From contig CAMCYL010000002.1 in the NCBI GenBank assembly GCA_945883905.1, positions 7,464 to 71,463 of the forward strand: a stretch of 64,000 nucleotides of DNA. The letters run 5' to 3'. Position numbers and translations under genes: made by a program. The DNA is from Akkermansia muciniphila (lineage in GTDB: Bacteria; Verrucomicrobiota; Verrucomicrobiia; Methylacidiphilales; CAMAQI01). Shown one piece after another: positions 13,167 through 23,548 of the stretch; position 1 is the first letter of the stretch, and the number at the start of each line of letters is the position of its first letter. The notes under the pieces are model-generated. The model saw only the letters and a list, made by a program, of their open reading frames with translations, was not told where the DNA came from and made no database searches.

Positions 13167-13763
13167 CTAAGAATTAATCCTTAAATTATTTTTTGATATT
13201 TTTACTAGAATTTCAGTAAAAAGAAGATGTTCTGCTTTTTGAATCCGTGCATGAAGTGATTCTGCCGAGTCTCCTTTTTCAACAGGAACCCGCATTTGTC
13301 CTAGGATCTCCCCTTCATCCACCCCCTCATTAACCTCGTGAACAGTACAGCCGGCCTCACTCACCCCCGCCAGAAGAGCCTGCTTCCATGCCTCTAATCC
13401 TTTGAAAGCAGGAAGAAGTGAAGGATGAATATTCAAAATCCGATGAGGATAGGCCTCTAAAAGCGGTTTCTTAACGACTCTCATATAGCCCGCCAAAATA
13501 ACCCACTCGACCTCATAACTTTTTAAAAGTCGAACAAGCTCCAGTTCTATCTCAGGCTCAAGCTTTGTTTTAAATTGGCTAGGAGGTAATGCCCGCGCTG
13601 GAATCCCATAAGCTTTCGCCCTCTCTAAAATACCGGCAGTTGCATGGTCACTGATAACGACTTTAATCTCAGCCTCAAGTTCCCCTCTCAAGATCGAATC
13701 TTGAATCGCCACAAAATTGCTCCCCTTTCCAGAGCCGAGCACACCGAGTTTAAGTTTTGTCAT
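13167..13763 (-). CDS. purN: Phosphoribosylglycinamide formyltransferase
   Basis: 198 aa with GSGKGSNF, ILNIHPSLLPAFKG and CTVHEVNEGVDEGEIL, as in PurN. Confidence 0.9.
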   Translation of the reverse strand: MTKLKLGVLGSGKGSNFVAIQDSILRGELEAEIKVVISDHATAGILERAKAYGIPARALPPSQFKTKLEPEIELELVRLLKSYEVEWVILAGYMRVVKKPLLEAYPHRILNIHPSLLPAFKGLEAWKQALLAGVSEAGCTVHEVNEGVDEGEILGQMRVPVEKGDSAESLHARIQKAEHLLFTEILVKISKNNLRINS

Positions 13764-14042
13764 TCAATGGATCCTTATGTCGATTTCCCTGACTAATAAA
13801 GAAAATTCTTTCCGAGGAGAGGTGAAGCCGATCCCCTCCAGAGAAACTCGATCGTTTTTTGAAAATCCTTTTTTCAAAGAAACGGGAGAGATTCTCTGGA
13901 GGCAGTAGCCGACAAAGGAGGGGCCGAAAGGAATGAGATCACGATCCTCTCCCTCTCTGACGTTGCGTCGTAGCGGCGTTTCGTGAGAACTGTTTTAGAA
14001 TTTCCGTGACGAGAGATTGTCGGTTGGCATGATTTACGGGTC

Positions 14043-16625
14043 ATGACGTTAACGGAAAGAAGATGCCTTTGGGCTGCAATTTTAGGAACCCTTCTCCTTC
14101 AACTTTTGATGACCGGTTTTTTTTCCTTCGGATCAACGGTTCCTCTGACGATCGATACTCACCTCGGTAATTATCATCAATCTCAATTTCACTTTCCCCC
14201 TCAAGGTGATTTTAATACCGACTACTGGCTTGGTCTCCCTCAACTCCCCAATGGACTTCACCCCCTCTCTCTCTTTTCTCATCTCCCCTTTTGGATCTTT
14301 GCCACAACCTTTTATCCTCTTTGTGCAAGTGCCTCTGTTTATTTTACCTTTATTCTTTTTCAAGCTTGGGGATTTCGAGTCTTCTCTTCAATTTTTGCAG
14401 GAATCCTTTTTGCCTGGCAAGGCAGCTTCCTGAGCAATCTTCTCCCCGCTCACTTTTCTCCCGCCGCATTATTCGCTTTTTTCCCACTCACCTTCTACTG
14501 GATCACAAAGGCCCGTCAAAAAAACTCGCTCCTCTCCTGGGGGTGGGCGGGGGTGGGCAGCGGGATGATGATGCTCTTTCTTCCAGATCAAGGATTCTTG
14601 GCCAATCTATTAATCGCAATCTATCTCGTTCTTTTCACGACGATCCAATATTTTTCAAAAAATGGAATCGCTTCTCCAGACTCCCCCTTTTCCTTTCGTC
14701 AATTCACTTTGGGATTCGTCCTTTGGGCTCTGGTCACTTTTGCAATCGCCCTCCCCGGATTGGAAAATATCGTCCTTCAAAACTTTAAAGGAGTCCAACA
14801 GGGAACCTCCGAAAATCCGGATCAAAAATATGACTGGGCCACCCAATGGAGCTTCCCTCCCGAAGAGATTATACAATACATCGTTCCTGGATTTTTAGGA
14901 TGGCATAATCTCTCCACAGAGGGACCTTATTGGGGACGTATCGGACAGTCTTCCCATTGGAATAGCAAAGACCAAGGAATGAGAAATTACATGCTTGGAA
15001 TTAATACTTTGGGAACCGTTCCCTTTTTATTAGCGCTCCTTGGACTTCACTTTCTCTTCAGGCGCTCTAAAACTCATCGCTCGCTCCTCGCGAGCGATGA
15101 GTTACGACAAACAGTTCTTTTGATGGTTGTGATCGGAACCGTTTTTGCGCTCCTCGGACTCGGAAAATATACTCCCCTTTATCGTTTGTTTTATGAGATT
15201 CCCGGAATGGATCATTGGAGAAATCCGTTAAAATTTATTCTTCTTCCCGGAAACTTCTGCCTCCTCCTTCTCGCTGTTTATGGAGCCGAACAAACCTATC
15301 GCACGATTGAATCAAAAATCTCTGACCCGCACTCTCTTCAAAGAATAAAATCACTCTCCTTACTCTTAGGCGGATCGCTTCTTTTTTTGATTCCTTTCTA
15401 TCTCCTTCTCACCATTCTACTCCCAGCAATTCTTCCCCTCTTTCAATATTCTCCTGTCGAATCCGGCCATATTGTAGGAACGATTCTCGGATCGATCCTC
15501 GTAACTCTTTTCATGACCGCCTTATGGATTTCTCTATTTCTCCTTCTTGAAAAAAACAGTCGAGTCCGTCATTTTCCGATTTTAAATCCATGGATTTCAC
15601 GTCTTCGAGATCTCTCCTTTCGAGAGAAAAACCTTGAATGCACTTGGTTTGTCAGTCTGATTCTCCTCGTCCTGCTTCAGCTCATTTGGATCCACCAACA
15701 CTATCTCTTTTCACGTCCCCTTAAAAATCTCTCTCAATCCTCTGATCTCATTCGATATCTCACTTTAGAGAAAGAACCGGTTCGGGTGAAGTTTTTCTCC
15801 CGAGACTCTTTTCTTGATGAACACTTAAATATTCGATTTCCACTCAACAACATCGCCTCAGCCGATATCCCTGCCGCCTCCCGCACCCCGCTCGATTATC
15901 AGCTTTTCTTCGAAAAGATGTCCCCCTTTCCACTTCGTCTCTCTGAACTTTGTGCGGTTCAATATGTTCTCGGTCAAAGCTCTGCATGGGCTCAATATAG
16001 TCAAGATCCACAATTTAAAACAGGACTCGGTAAAACCGTTTTCTTTGCTCCAGGTCAAACGGAAGAGAACCTCCTCGTCCAACTCCCTGATCCGAATGGA
16101 TCTCTTTACGCCGTCACAACTCTCAAAAATGCCCTTTCACGAATCTCGATCATCCCAAACAGTGAAAGGTTTCCTTCCGAAGAATCTCTTTTCGTTCGAA
16201 TGCAAGATCCGCTTTGGAATCCCAAAACATCGATTCTACTCCTCGACAACCCTTCTTCGATAATTCCCTCTGATCCCCCCACTTCTGCTCCGCTTTCTTC
16301 GACCCTTAAAATTCAAATTTATAATACACAAAAAATTCACTGCACTGTCGAGACCTCAACCCCCTCTTTCCTGTTAATTGCAGATCGATTTGATCCTTAT
16401 TGGAAGGCCCAGATCAATGGAAAAAAGATCGAAATTCTTCGAGCAAACTTTATTCAACGAGCGATTGCGCTACCGGCGGGAAAATCAGAGATTATTCTGG
16501 ACTACTCTCCACCCACTTTTTCAATCTATCTTCAACTTTTCACACTGTTGAGCTTGACGCTTGTAACCGTTCGAGTAACTCGTTTCGCTCACTCATGCGA
16601 CTCAACACCTCACAACAAGCTGTAG
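14043..16625 (+). CDS. Large polytopic membrane protein, YfhO-like (GT-C type glycosyltransferase-like)
   Basis: 860 aa with more than 10 hydrophobic segments. The C-terminal soluble part ends in ADRFDPYWKAQINGKKIEILRANFIQRAIALPAGKSEIILDYSP, which resembles the YfhO C-terminal signature. Family assignment is from memory. Confidence 0.5.
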   Translation: MTLTERRCLWAAILGTLLLQLLMTGFFSFGSTVPLTIDTHLGNYHQSQFHFPPQGDFNTDYWLGLPQLPNGLHPLSLFSHLPFWIFATTFYPLCASASVYFTFILFQAWGFRVFSSIFAGILFAWQGSFLSNLLPAHFSPAALFAFFPLTFYWITKARQKNSLLSWGWAGVGSGMMMLFLPDQGFLANLLIAIYLVLFTTIQYFSKNGIASPDSPFSFRQFTLGFVLWALVTFAIALPGLENIVLQNFKGVQQGTSENPDQKYDWATQWSFPPEEIIQYIVPGFLGWHNLSTEGPYWGRIGQSSHWNSKDQGMRNYMLGINTLGTVPFLLALLGLHFLFRRSKTHRSLLASDELRQTVLLMVVIGTVFALLGLGKYTPLYRLFYEIPGMDHWRNPLKFILLPGNFCLLLLAVYGAEQTYRTIESKISDPHSLQRIKSLSLLLGGSLLFLIPFYLLLTILLPAILPLFQYSPVESGHIVGTILGSILVTLFMTALWISLFLLLEKNSRVRHFPILNPWISRLRDLSFREKNLECTWFVSLILLVLLQLIWIHQHYLFSRPLKNLSQSSDLIRYLTLEKEPVRVKFFSRDSFLDEHLNIRFPLNNIASADIPAASRTPLDYQLFFEKMSPFPLRLSELCAVQYVLGQSSAWAQYSQDPQFKTGLGKTVFFAPGQTEENLLVQLPDPNGSLYAVTTLKNALSRISIIPNSERFPSEESLFVRMQDPLWNPKTSILLLDNPSSIIPSDPPTSAPLSSTLKIQIYNTQKIHCTVETSTPSFLLIADRFDPYWKAQINGKKIEILRANFIQRAIALPAGKSEIILDYSPPTFSIYLQLFTLLSLTLVTVRVTRFAHSCDSTPHNKL

Positions 16626-18421
16626 CCCAATCTCACGATCCCCGAGTCCTTGTTCTCGCAGGAGCGGGAACAGGAAAGACCGCCACCAGCGTCCATTGGG
16701 TCTCCAATCTTATTCGCGGAGGAGCAAAGCGACATCAATTCTTAATGATCACCTTCACCCGAAAAGGGGCCTCCGAAATGGGCAAGCGAATCGAAAAGTT
16801 GATTCAAGACACCCCCAAGAGCTCTCTCCAAGACTCGATCACGATTGGGACTTATCATGCCGTAGCGGGCATTCTCCTTCGTAAAGAGGCCCTTGGCTTT
16901 GGACTTCCTCATAAAACCTTTACAACGATCGATGAGTCAGAGGCGAACTCAATCTGGAAATCGGCCCTGAAACAAATTGGGCTTACCTCCAAATCAACGC
17001 TTTATGTCCCCGATCGATTAAACGCGCTCTACTCCTACTCCCGAAATACCTGTAAAAATCCCGCGGAGGTTTTTGAACCCATCTTTAAAGGTCATACCAA
17101 AAAAATGACTAAAGCCGTTCAACTTTACGAAGAGCTCAAACGAGCCGCGAATGTCGTCGATTATGATGATCTCCTTGTTCTCTGGGTCAAACGAATGATC
17201 AACGATCCCGCTTATGCGCTTCAACTTCGCGAACGATGGAAATATGTTCTCGTCGATGAAATGCAAGATAATAACCGTCTCAATGAAGCGGTGCTCGATG
17301 CCCTAAATCCCTCCTTTTTAATGGCCGTCGGAGATGCCAATCAATCGATCTACGGCTTTCGGGGTTCAGATGTTCGAATTATTTCTGAATTCGGCGCCAA
17401 AAATAAAGAGACTAAAATTCTAAAACTCGAAAATAACTACCGGAGTGGACAACGTATCCTTGATCTCGCCAATATTATTGTCTCTAAAACAGAGTGCCCC
17501 TTAATTCTCACCAGTAATCAAGAATCCCCTGGAAGAATTGAATACACCTCCTTTACGAATCCTCAGCAAGAAGCGATCGCCATCACGGAATGGATTCAAA
17601 AGCAAGTCGAAGCCGGAAAGCACCATTCTCATCTCGCCATCCTCGCTCGCTCTTCAAGACATCTCGATCCGGTTGAAATCGCCCTGATGACGAAGAAAAT
17701 ATTTTTTAAAAAATATGGAGGTCAATCGCTTGCCGACTCTGCGGAGGTTAAAGACTTCATTAGTTTTCTTCGTGTGGCCCACAATCCGCTCGATAAAATT
17801 GCTCTCTTACGTGCCCTCATGCTTTTCCCTGGTATTGGAGAGGGAACGGCCGCAAAAACCATTGAAGCGCATGTCGGTGAAAAGTTTAACAGTGAGGAGT
17901 GGCCTGTAAGCGCCAAAGAACTTATCGAATGGGTCACTGAAATTCAAAAGATTAAAAAAATCGGGGAGCAAGGTCAATACCTCTACGACAAAATACGACC
18001 CCTCATTCTTTCCAATTATCCCAAAGATTGTGAAAAAAGAAATAATACGATTCACAATTTGGTCGAAGCGATGAAAAGCACGCCAGAGACTCCCTTAGCT
18101 GAATTTTTGGATGGATTTGTTTTAAGTCGATCCAGCGATGATTTTCATCCCGATGATGCCGTCGTTCTTTCGACGGTTCATTCTGCAAAAGGACTTGAAT
18201 GGGAGGGGGTCTGGATCGTCGGCTGTGGATCCACACAAATCCCTCACCCTAGAACCCTTAATGATAAAGTCGGTCAAGAGGAGGAACGACGACTCTTCTA
18301 CGTCGCCGTCACCCGAGCAAAGCAACATCTTGTGATCTCCTATCCTGGGGTAACCGATCGCAAACAAAATCAAGGACCCTCTCCCTTCATCCCAGAGAAT
18401 AGTCCTTGGCGCTTTGCTTAA
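16595..18421 (+). CDS. UvrD/Rep/PcrA-family ATP-dependent DNA helicase
   Basis: The track ORF starts at 16400, but homology begins at the internal ATG at 16595 (MRLNTSQQAV..VLAGAGTGKTAT Walker A). Also has motif II VLVDEMQD, and GDANQSIYGFRG, YRSGQRIL, TVHSAKGLEWEGV and LFYVAVTRAK. Confidence 0.85.
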   Translation: MRLNTSQQAVAQSHDPRVLVLAGAGTGKTATSVHWVSNLIRGGAKRHQFLMITFTRKGASEMGKRIEKLIQDTPKSSLQDSITIGTYHAVAGILLRKEALGFGLPHKTFTTIDESEANSIWKSALKQIGLTSKSTLYVPDRLNALYSYSRNTCKNPAEVFEPIFKGHTKKMTKAVQLYEELKRAANVVDYDDLLVLWVKRMINDPAYALQLRERWKYVLVDEMQDNNRLNEAVLDALNPSFLMAVGDANQSIYGFRGSDVRIISEFGAKNKETKILKLENNYRSGQRILDLANIIVSKTECPLILTSNQESPGRIEYTSFTNPQQEAIAITEWIQKQVEAGKHHSHLAILARSSRHLDPVEIALMTKKIFFKKYGGQSLADSAEVKDFISFLRVAHNPLDKIALLRALMLFPGIGEGTAAKTIEAHVGEKFNSEEWPVSAKELIEWVTEIQKIKKIGEQGQYLYDKIRPLILSNYPKDCEKRNNTIHNLVEAMKSTPETPLAEFLDGFVLSRSSDDFHPDDAVVLSTVHSAKGLEWEGVWIVGCGSTQIPHPRTLNDKVGQEEERRLFYVAVTRAKQHLVISYPGVTDRKQNQGPSPFIPENSPWRFA

Positions 18422-18484
18422 GCCCAGTTCTGCATTGCGAATGTGTTATCGACTCCTTTTCTCTCTTCATTCTGGGTCCTAAAA

Positions 18485-19321
18485 TTAATCGTGCAGTTCC
18501 CGTTTAATATTTCGATATCCAGATGGAGAGCGTTTCGTTTTAGACCTAAATACTCTTGAAAAATAGAGAGGGTTTTCATATCCCGCCTTCTCAGCGACCT
18601 CTTTTACTGAAAGAGAGGTATTAGAAAGAAGATCTCGAGCGCGATTGAGTCGCTCCTCTAACATATATTCAAAAGGGGTCATTCCAAAAATCGATTTAAA
18701 TTGCCGATGAAAATAATTCGGCGCCAAGTGAACTTGTTGAGCGACTCTCTTAAGTGAAGGATTATTGGTTGAATTCAATTGCATGTACTCCAATGCCGGT
18801 TTCAATCGTTCATACTCAGGCTGAAATTTTAATATAGTCGATGGATCTAATTTCTCTAAAACTTTAGAAAGAATCAACAACGCCCCTCCTTGAATACGAC
18901 AAAAAGCAGAAATCGGTCGATCCTCTTTAGGTTGTTGAAACGATCCCGTAAAAGGAGGAAACATACTTTTAATTTCCTGACTGATCTCCCCCATCCACTC
19001 CACCTCCTCTCGACGCCAAGAAATGAAAGCAGGAGTAAACGCAAGCAGATGCCGGAGATAAAGGGACTCAGGGTTAAAATGAAGCCAGTATAAATCCATT
19101 TGTTTTTGACACAATTGAGATCGAATTTGCGCCCCAGAAAGAAAATAGACATGACCCGCTTTTAGCGGGTAACTCCCCGAATTCATTTGAATCGATCCCT
19201 CCCCTCGATCGACTAAATAAAGTTTATAACAGGGATGAACCATCTGATGCGGCCGACTCCAATCCGGCGAACATTGATGATATCCCCCCGATATTAAAGT
19301 AATTTTAGAATGATCGATCAA
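18485..19321 (-). CDS. AraC-family transcriptional regulator
   Basis: 278 aa with an N-terminal cupin-like sensor region and a C-terminal double HTH (LKRVAQQVHLAPNYFHRQFKSIFGMTPFEY...VKEVAEKAGYENPLYFSRVFR). Confidence 0.85.
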   Translation of the reverse strand: MIDHSKITLISGGYHQCSPDWSRPHQMVHPCYKLYLVDRGEGSIQMNSGSYPLKAGHVYFLSGAQIRSQLCQKQMDLYWLHFNPESLYLRHLLAFTPAFISWRREEVEWMGEISQEIKSMFPPFTGSFQQPKEDRPISAFCRIQGGALLILSKVLEKLDPSTILKFQPEYERLKPALEYMQLNSTNNPSLKRVAQQVHLAPNYFHRQFKSIFGMTPFEYMLEERLNRARDLLSNTSLSVKEVAEKAGYENPLYFSRVFRSKTKRSPSGYRNIKRELHD

Positions 19322-19413
19322 TCCAATAAAGTTAAGATCGTGTATGTTTTAGTCAAGATTGTTTATTTATAAATAGTCATTATGGAGTTAAGATCATAGT
19401 CAAATAAATTATT

Positions 19414-20082
19414 ATGAATAACGAAATCAACTACACGGATGGTTACGCTGAACGACTCGAAAAATTTTACTCTGGAGCCGTCTATGATGTCTTAAGATCC
19501 ATGGGGAAACCGGATCAAATTCTTCCTCGAACGATTGCCCCTCTTGATTCCTCTAAACGTTTAGGAGGCCGAATTTTTACCTTTAGCGGTCACTCTGATT
19601 TCACCGTGGACCCTCATACCACTTTATTAGAATGGACCAAAATGCTTTCACGAGCCCCCAAGGGGAGTGTTGTTATTTGCCAACCCCACGACGACACCCT
19701 GGCACACATGGGAGAGCTTTCAGCGGAGACCTTTGTCTATAAAGGGGTTCGCGGTTATTTATGTGATGGAGGATGTCGAGACACCCCCTTAATTGCCAAA
19801 ACAGGTCTCCCGGTCTGGTTTCGCTATCATACACCACGCGATGTTGTCGGTCGATGGGTCCCCGATCGATTCGCAGAGCCGATTCTGATTGGAAATGTTC
19901 TCATTCGGACCGGAGACTATCTCATGGCAGATCGAGATGGAGCCTTAGTGATCCCACAGGAGATGATCGAAGAGGTCACCACTCGAGTGGAAGAGGTTTT
20001 AAAAACAGAAAATAAAGTGCGAACCGCAATATTAAAGGGAACAGATCCCGTCGAGGCCTATCTCCAATATCGAAAATTTTAA
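19414..20082 (+). CDS. RraA-family protein (RraA / HMG-CHA aldolase / oxaloacetate decarboxylase-like)
   Basis: 222 aa with HMGELSAETFVYKGVRGYLCDGGCRD and GDYLMADRDGALVIP, typical of the RraA/dimethylmenaquinone-methyltransferase-like fold. Confidence 0.7.
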   Translation: MNNEINYTDGYAERLEKFYSGAVYDVLRSMGKPDQILPRTIAPLDSSKRLGGRIFTFSGHSDFTVDPHTTLLEWTKMLSRAPKGSVVICQPHDDTLAHMGELSAETFVYKGVRGYLCDGGCRDTPLIAKTGLPVWFRYHTPRDVVGRWVPDRFAEPILIGNVLIRTGDYLMADRDGALVIPQEMIEEVTTRVEEVLKTENKVRTAILKGTDPVEAYLQYRKF

Positions 20083-20130
20083 TCGAATGAATACAATCAA
20101 TCTCTCATCTCAGTAAAATAGAAAAATAGC

Positions 20131-21273
20131 CTACAACTTAAATTCCTGCTGAATCTTAAGATTATGCTCTCCAATTTTAGGAGAGCCTTGGGGAGATTTT
20201 AAAATGACTCCATCCACACGAATAGGACAACGCGTCGTCGATATCGAGACTCCATTTTCACGATGAATCGTCTGAATAAAATCGAGCGATTTAAATCCCT
20301 CATGTTCTAATAGCTTTTCCCAACTCATCACCTCTGCACACCAAATATCCGCAGGATCCAAAATCGCAAGCCAGTATGCGGTCGTTTCTAATTTCAAATG
20401 CTCCACTAAAACAGATTTAATTTCATCACGATGCGTGAACCACGTTTTACAATCCGTATATTTCTCTAAAGCAGAACAATTCAAAAGCCGCCCTAAATGA
20501 GGAACCTCTCCCATCGCTAATGATAAGTATCCATCACTTGTTGCATAAACCCCATAGGGAGCGCCTAAATAAGCATGCGCATTATTAACCTCACATCGCT
20601 GCGGCCTCTTTCCCCCATCATTTAAATGAGTCGTCAAAACTTCAAATTGAAGATCTAAAATCGACTCCATTAAATTCACCTCGATATACCCCCCTTTTCC
20701 CGTTACCGCTCGACGCACTAAACAGGCTAATATTCCTTGAACACAGTGAGCCCCTGTAAATAAATCGGCCACCGCAATCCCCATGGGAGTTGGATTAGAA
20801 TCCGCATTCCCAGTCAACCAGGTCAATCCCGACAACGATTGGGCCAATAAGTCCTGTCCAGGTTTTGTCACCCACGGCCCCTCTTTTCCGTACCCCGTCA
20901 CAGAGGCATAAACTAAACGAGGATTCAGCGCCTGAACTTTATCAAAATCAAGACCCAGTTTTTTCATAATTCCAGGCCGAAAATTTTCAATCATCACATC
21001 TGCTTTTTCAATCAGCTGCTCAATCTTTTTTCGATCGACAGGATCCTTGAGATTTGCCGAATAACTCTCCTTATTTCGATTAATCGAATGAAATAAGGTG
21101 CTGTCGCCGTCAAGCTCAAGATTCGAAATATAAAGACGTCGACAAAGATCTCCCCCATCGGGACGCTCGACCTTAATCACACGTGCCCCAAGATCAGCCA
21201 GCCTCATCGCCGCAGACGGTCCTGCCAAAAACTGACTAAAATCAAGAACCATTAATCCCTCTAACGGTCTCAT
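20131..21273 (-). CDS. Family III CoA-transferase (CaiB/BaiF-like)
   Basis: 380 aa. The N-terminus [40 protein letters not shown] and the motif [13 protein letters not shown] are hallmarks of family III CoA-transferases. Confidence 0.88.
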   Translation of the reverse strand: MRPLEGLMVLDFSQFLAGPSAAMRLADLGARVIKVERPDGGDLCRRLYISNLELDGDSTLFHSINRNKESYSANLKDPVDRKKIEQLIEKADVMIENFRPGIMKKLGLDFDKVQALNPRLVYASVTGYGKEGPWVTKPGQDLLAQSLSGLTWLTGNADSNPTPMGIAVADLFTGAHCVQGILACLVRRAVTGKGGYIEVNLMESILDLQFEVLTTHLNDGGKRPQRCEVNNAHAYLGAPYGVYATSDGYLSLAMGEVPHLGRLLNCSALEKYTDCKTWFTHRDEIKSVLVEHLKLETTAYWLAILDPADIWCAEVMSWEKLLEHEGFKSLDFIQTIHRENGVSISTTRCPIRVDGVILKSPQGSPKIGEHNLKIQQEFKL

Positions 21274-22421
21274 AAAGCCTCTTTCTGTGAACTTTGATAG
21301 AGTGACTCTAACTCTTGAATCGTCTCTTTTTCATTTGCTGATCCATACAGAAATTGATTAATCACGGGACCAGCATGTTCTTGAAACTGATCATAACCCG
21401 CATAGCGTGGACGCAAAAAGGCTCGATCCAATATCGGTAACGTCCGGTTAAAATAATCAAGACTTAATCGATTGTTCTCCTGATCTGTCCACGCCTGACG
21501 ATGAGCGGGCTGTCCCCCTGCATCAGTAAAAAGTGTCCGCTGAATCTCGGAGCTTGCCGTATAACGACTATAATCAACCGCCTCTTTCAAATGTTTGGTT
21601 TTTGCAGAAATCGCAATCCCTGTCCCTCCAATTGTTGTTTTGAAAGGCTTTCCTAAAAAAGTAGGGAGCTCCCCAAATTCGAGCAGATGATCCGCATACC
21701 CTCTCTTTGAATAATTTGAATATCCGTACGGAAATAAAGAGTAAATCTTTTTCTTGTTTGCGTGAGAACTCAATAAATTAAGGGACTCAATCGGATTATG
21801 ACGACGCCCCTCTGGATCTCCTCGTTTAACCAGTTCTTTCATCGAGGATAAGGCCCGAATGGCAACCTCCTCAGAACAAATCAATGAAGTTGAATTAAAA
21901 GGAGTCTCACCCCAAACCTGAATAAAACCGTACCAATTCATCAAAGCATTAATATCTTCCATCACAACATCGACAATCCCTTGATCGCACCACTCTAATA
22001 ACTCCTCCCAACTCTGAGGAAGACTCCCCCCCTTCGCCGATAAAAGATCCGGTCTCCAAGCCCCAACCGGAGTGGCCGCATCAATAGGCAAAGCCCATAA
22101 CTTATCATTCCATTCATAAGAACGATAAGAGGCTCCTACGGTGTGTTTCGATTGATCCTCAAGATATGCACGATCTAAATAGTCTGAAATCGGATAAAAA
22201 ACAGAATGCTTTGCCGCATAACCCACATAAGGATGATCAATAACCATTAAATCGTAATCATCCATCAAACGATGAACTGGAAACTCCCCAAAATGCTTGA
22301 GAGATCTCTTTTCCCAAATAATTTCAACCTCTGGATGAATTTCCTGATACCGCTGTGCCGTCGCCACAACCGAGAGAAATCCCCGAGTATGGTTCCATGT
22401 CATTCCTTTTAGTGTTGTCAT
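21270..22421 (-). CDS. Solute-binding-protein (family 1) homolog without a signal peptide
   Basis: 383 aa starting [15 protein letters not shown]..., with an SBP_bac_1-like layout ([30 protein letters not shown]). No N-terminal hydrophobic or lipobox segment is visible. 4-nt overlap with the downstream CoA-transferase gene. Confidence 0.6.
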   Translation of the reverse strand: MTTLKGMTWNHTRGFLSVVATAQRYQEIHPEVEIIWEKRSLKHFGEFPVHRLMDDYDLMVIDHPYVGYAAKHSVFYPISDYLDRAYLEDQSKHTVGASYRSYEWNDKLWALPIDAATPVGAWRPDLLSAKGGSLPQSWEELLEWCDQGIVDVVMEDINALMNWYGFIQVWGETPFNSTSLICSEEVAIRALSSMKELVKRGDPEGRRHNPIESLNLLSSHANKKKIYSLFPYGYSNYSKRGYADHLLEFGELPTFLGKPFKTTIGGTGIAISAKTKHLKEAVDYSRYTASSEIQRTLFTDAGGQPAHRQAWTDQENNRLSLDYFNRTLPILDRAFLRPRYAGYDQFQEHAGPVINQFLYGSANEKETIQELESLYQSSQKEAL

Positions 22422-22424
22422 AAA

Positions 22425-23498
22425 TTATAAAAATTTTTCTGGAGAAACTCCTCCTTGGAGACTTGATTCATACGCCGCTTCAACACAGGCCATGGTATGA
22501 ATACAATCCTCTACAGAGGTACAAAGAGATAAATCACTCCCTTCATGGAAGCGCATCATCTGCGACATCGTGCCAATAAAAGCCTCAGGAAACCAACTGC
22601 CTTTAAAGGGAACTTCCTGCCATTCATATTCACCCTGAGAATTTTTGACCGCATATTCAAGGCAATCCGGAACACCGTGCGGATAATTCATTAAAAGCCC
22701 CATTTTCGCTTTTATCGCCCCCTTGGATCCTTCCCACTTAATATAACTTTCTTGATGCTTAGATCCATAACAATGAAAATGATTCGTCTGAACATTGGCC
22801 CTTACCGAGTCCCCATAGTCGAGAATAACTGTTGATCGACTTTCTGGCATTGAAGGAAGTGTCGGATGGCGCAATGTCTTCGCGTAAATTCCCTTTGGGT
22901 TTCCTAAAAAAAACCGAATACAATCAATGTGATGAACACTGTGATAAAGAATCTCTAAACGAGCCACATTTTTGAGAAATTCAAAATGATCCCAGGGAGT
23001 CTGAACATTGACCCTAATCTCCATATCATAAAGATCCCCAATAATACCCCGATCAATCAAATGCTTTGCCGCAATCACAAAGGGAGCAAAACGAAGTTGA
23101 AAGTTGATCGCTGCTTTTAACTTTTTCTGACGACAAATACGAAGAATCTCCTGCGCCTGCTCCATGGTCTCCCCCATCGGCTTCTGAATAAGAACAAGAG
23201 CTCCATCAGGAAGTTTTTGAAGATATTCTGGAAAAAAACTAGCCGGTAGGGTTAAATCGAAAACGACCTCTGGGGGAAGATGCGGGAGAGCCTCTTCAAT
23301 TGTATTATAGACTTGTGTGATCCCAAAACTAACTGCTAATTCCTCTGCTTTTTTTCGATTTCGATTCGTAATTCCGACCACTTTAAATCCCGCCTGACGG
23401 TAAGCAGGAAGATGCGCATCTTTAACGATACTCCCCGCACCAATGATCATGATCGGGAGCTTATTCTGAGGTAGTTCAGGCAAATAAGGAATAGTCAT
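22425..23498 (-). CDS. Gfo/Idh/MocA-family NAD(P)-dependent oxidoreductase
   Basis: 357 aa with an N-terminal Rossmann motif IMIIGAGSIVKDAHLPAY and QKPMGETMEQAQEI, typical of the family. Confidence 0.8.
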   Translation of the reverse strand: MTIPYLPELPQNKLPIMIIGAGSIVKDAHLPAYRQAGFKVVGITNRNRKKAEELAVSFGITQVYNTIEEALPHLPPEVVFDLTLPASFFPEYLQKLPDGALVLIQKPMGETMEQAQEILRICRQKKLKAAINFQLRFAPFVIAAKHLIDRGIIGDLYDMEIRVNVQTPWDHFEFLKNVARLEILYHSVHHIDCIRFFLGNPKGIYAKTLRHPTLPSMPESRSTVILDYGDSVRANVQTNHFHCYGSKHQESYIKWEGSKGAIKAKMGLLMNYPHGVPDCLEYAVKNSQGEYEWQEVPFKGSWFPEAFIGTMSQMMRFHEGSDLSLCTSVEDCIHTMACVEAAYESSLQGGVSPEKFL

Positions 23499-23548
23499 AT
23501 GTTTTATTGAAAAAACATCGTTTTAAATGTAAATTTGTCAAGTCTTAA

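Noticed and set aside
13800-13960. Glycine or yybP-ykoY (Mn2+) riboswitch assignment for the structured intergenic region
   Set aside because: Only short string resemblances are present (CTCTGGAG, GCCGA-AAGGA, CAGTAGCC, GAGATCA). The conserved junction sequences and helix order do not match either consensus, and the downstream genes are not typical regulon members. It is kept only as an unclassified structure.
16400-16594. N-terminal 65-aa extension of the helicase ORF
   Set aside because: The extension lies inside the upstream membrane-protein gene in another frame and has no helicase similarity. Homology starts at the internal ATG 16595, just before Walker A.
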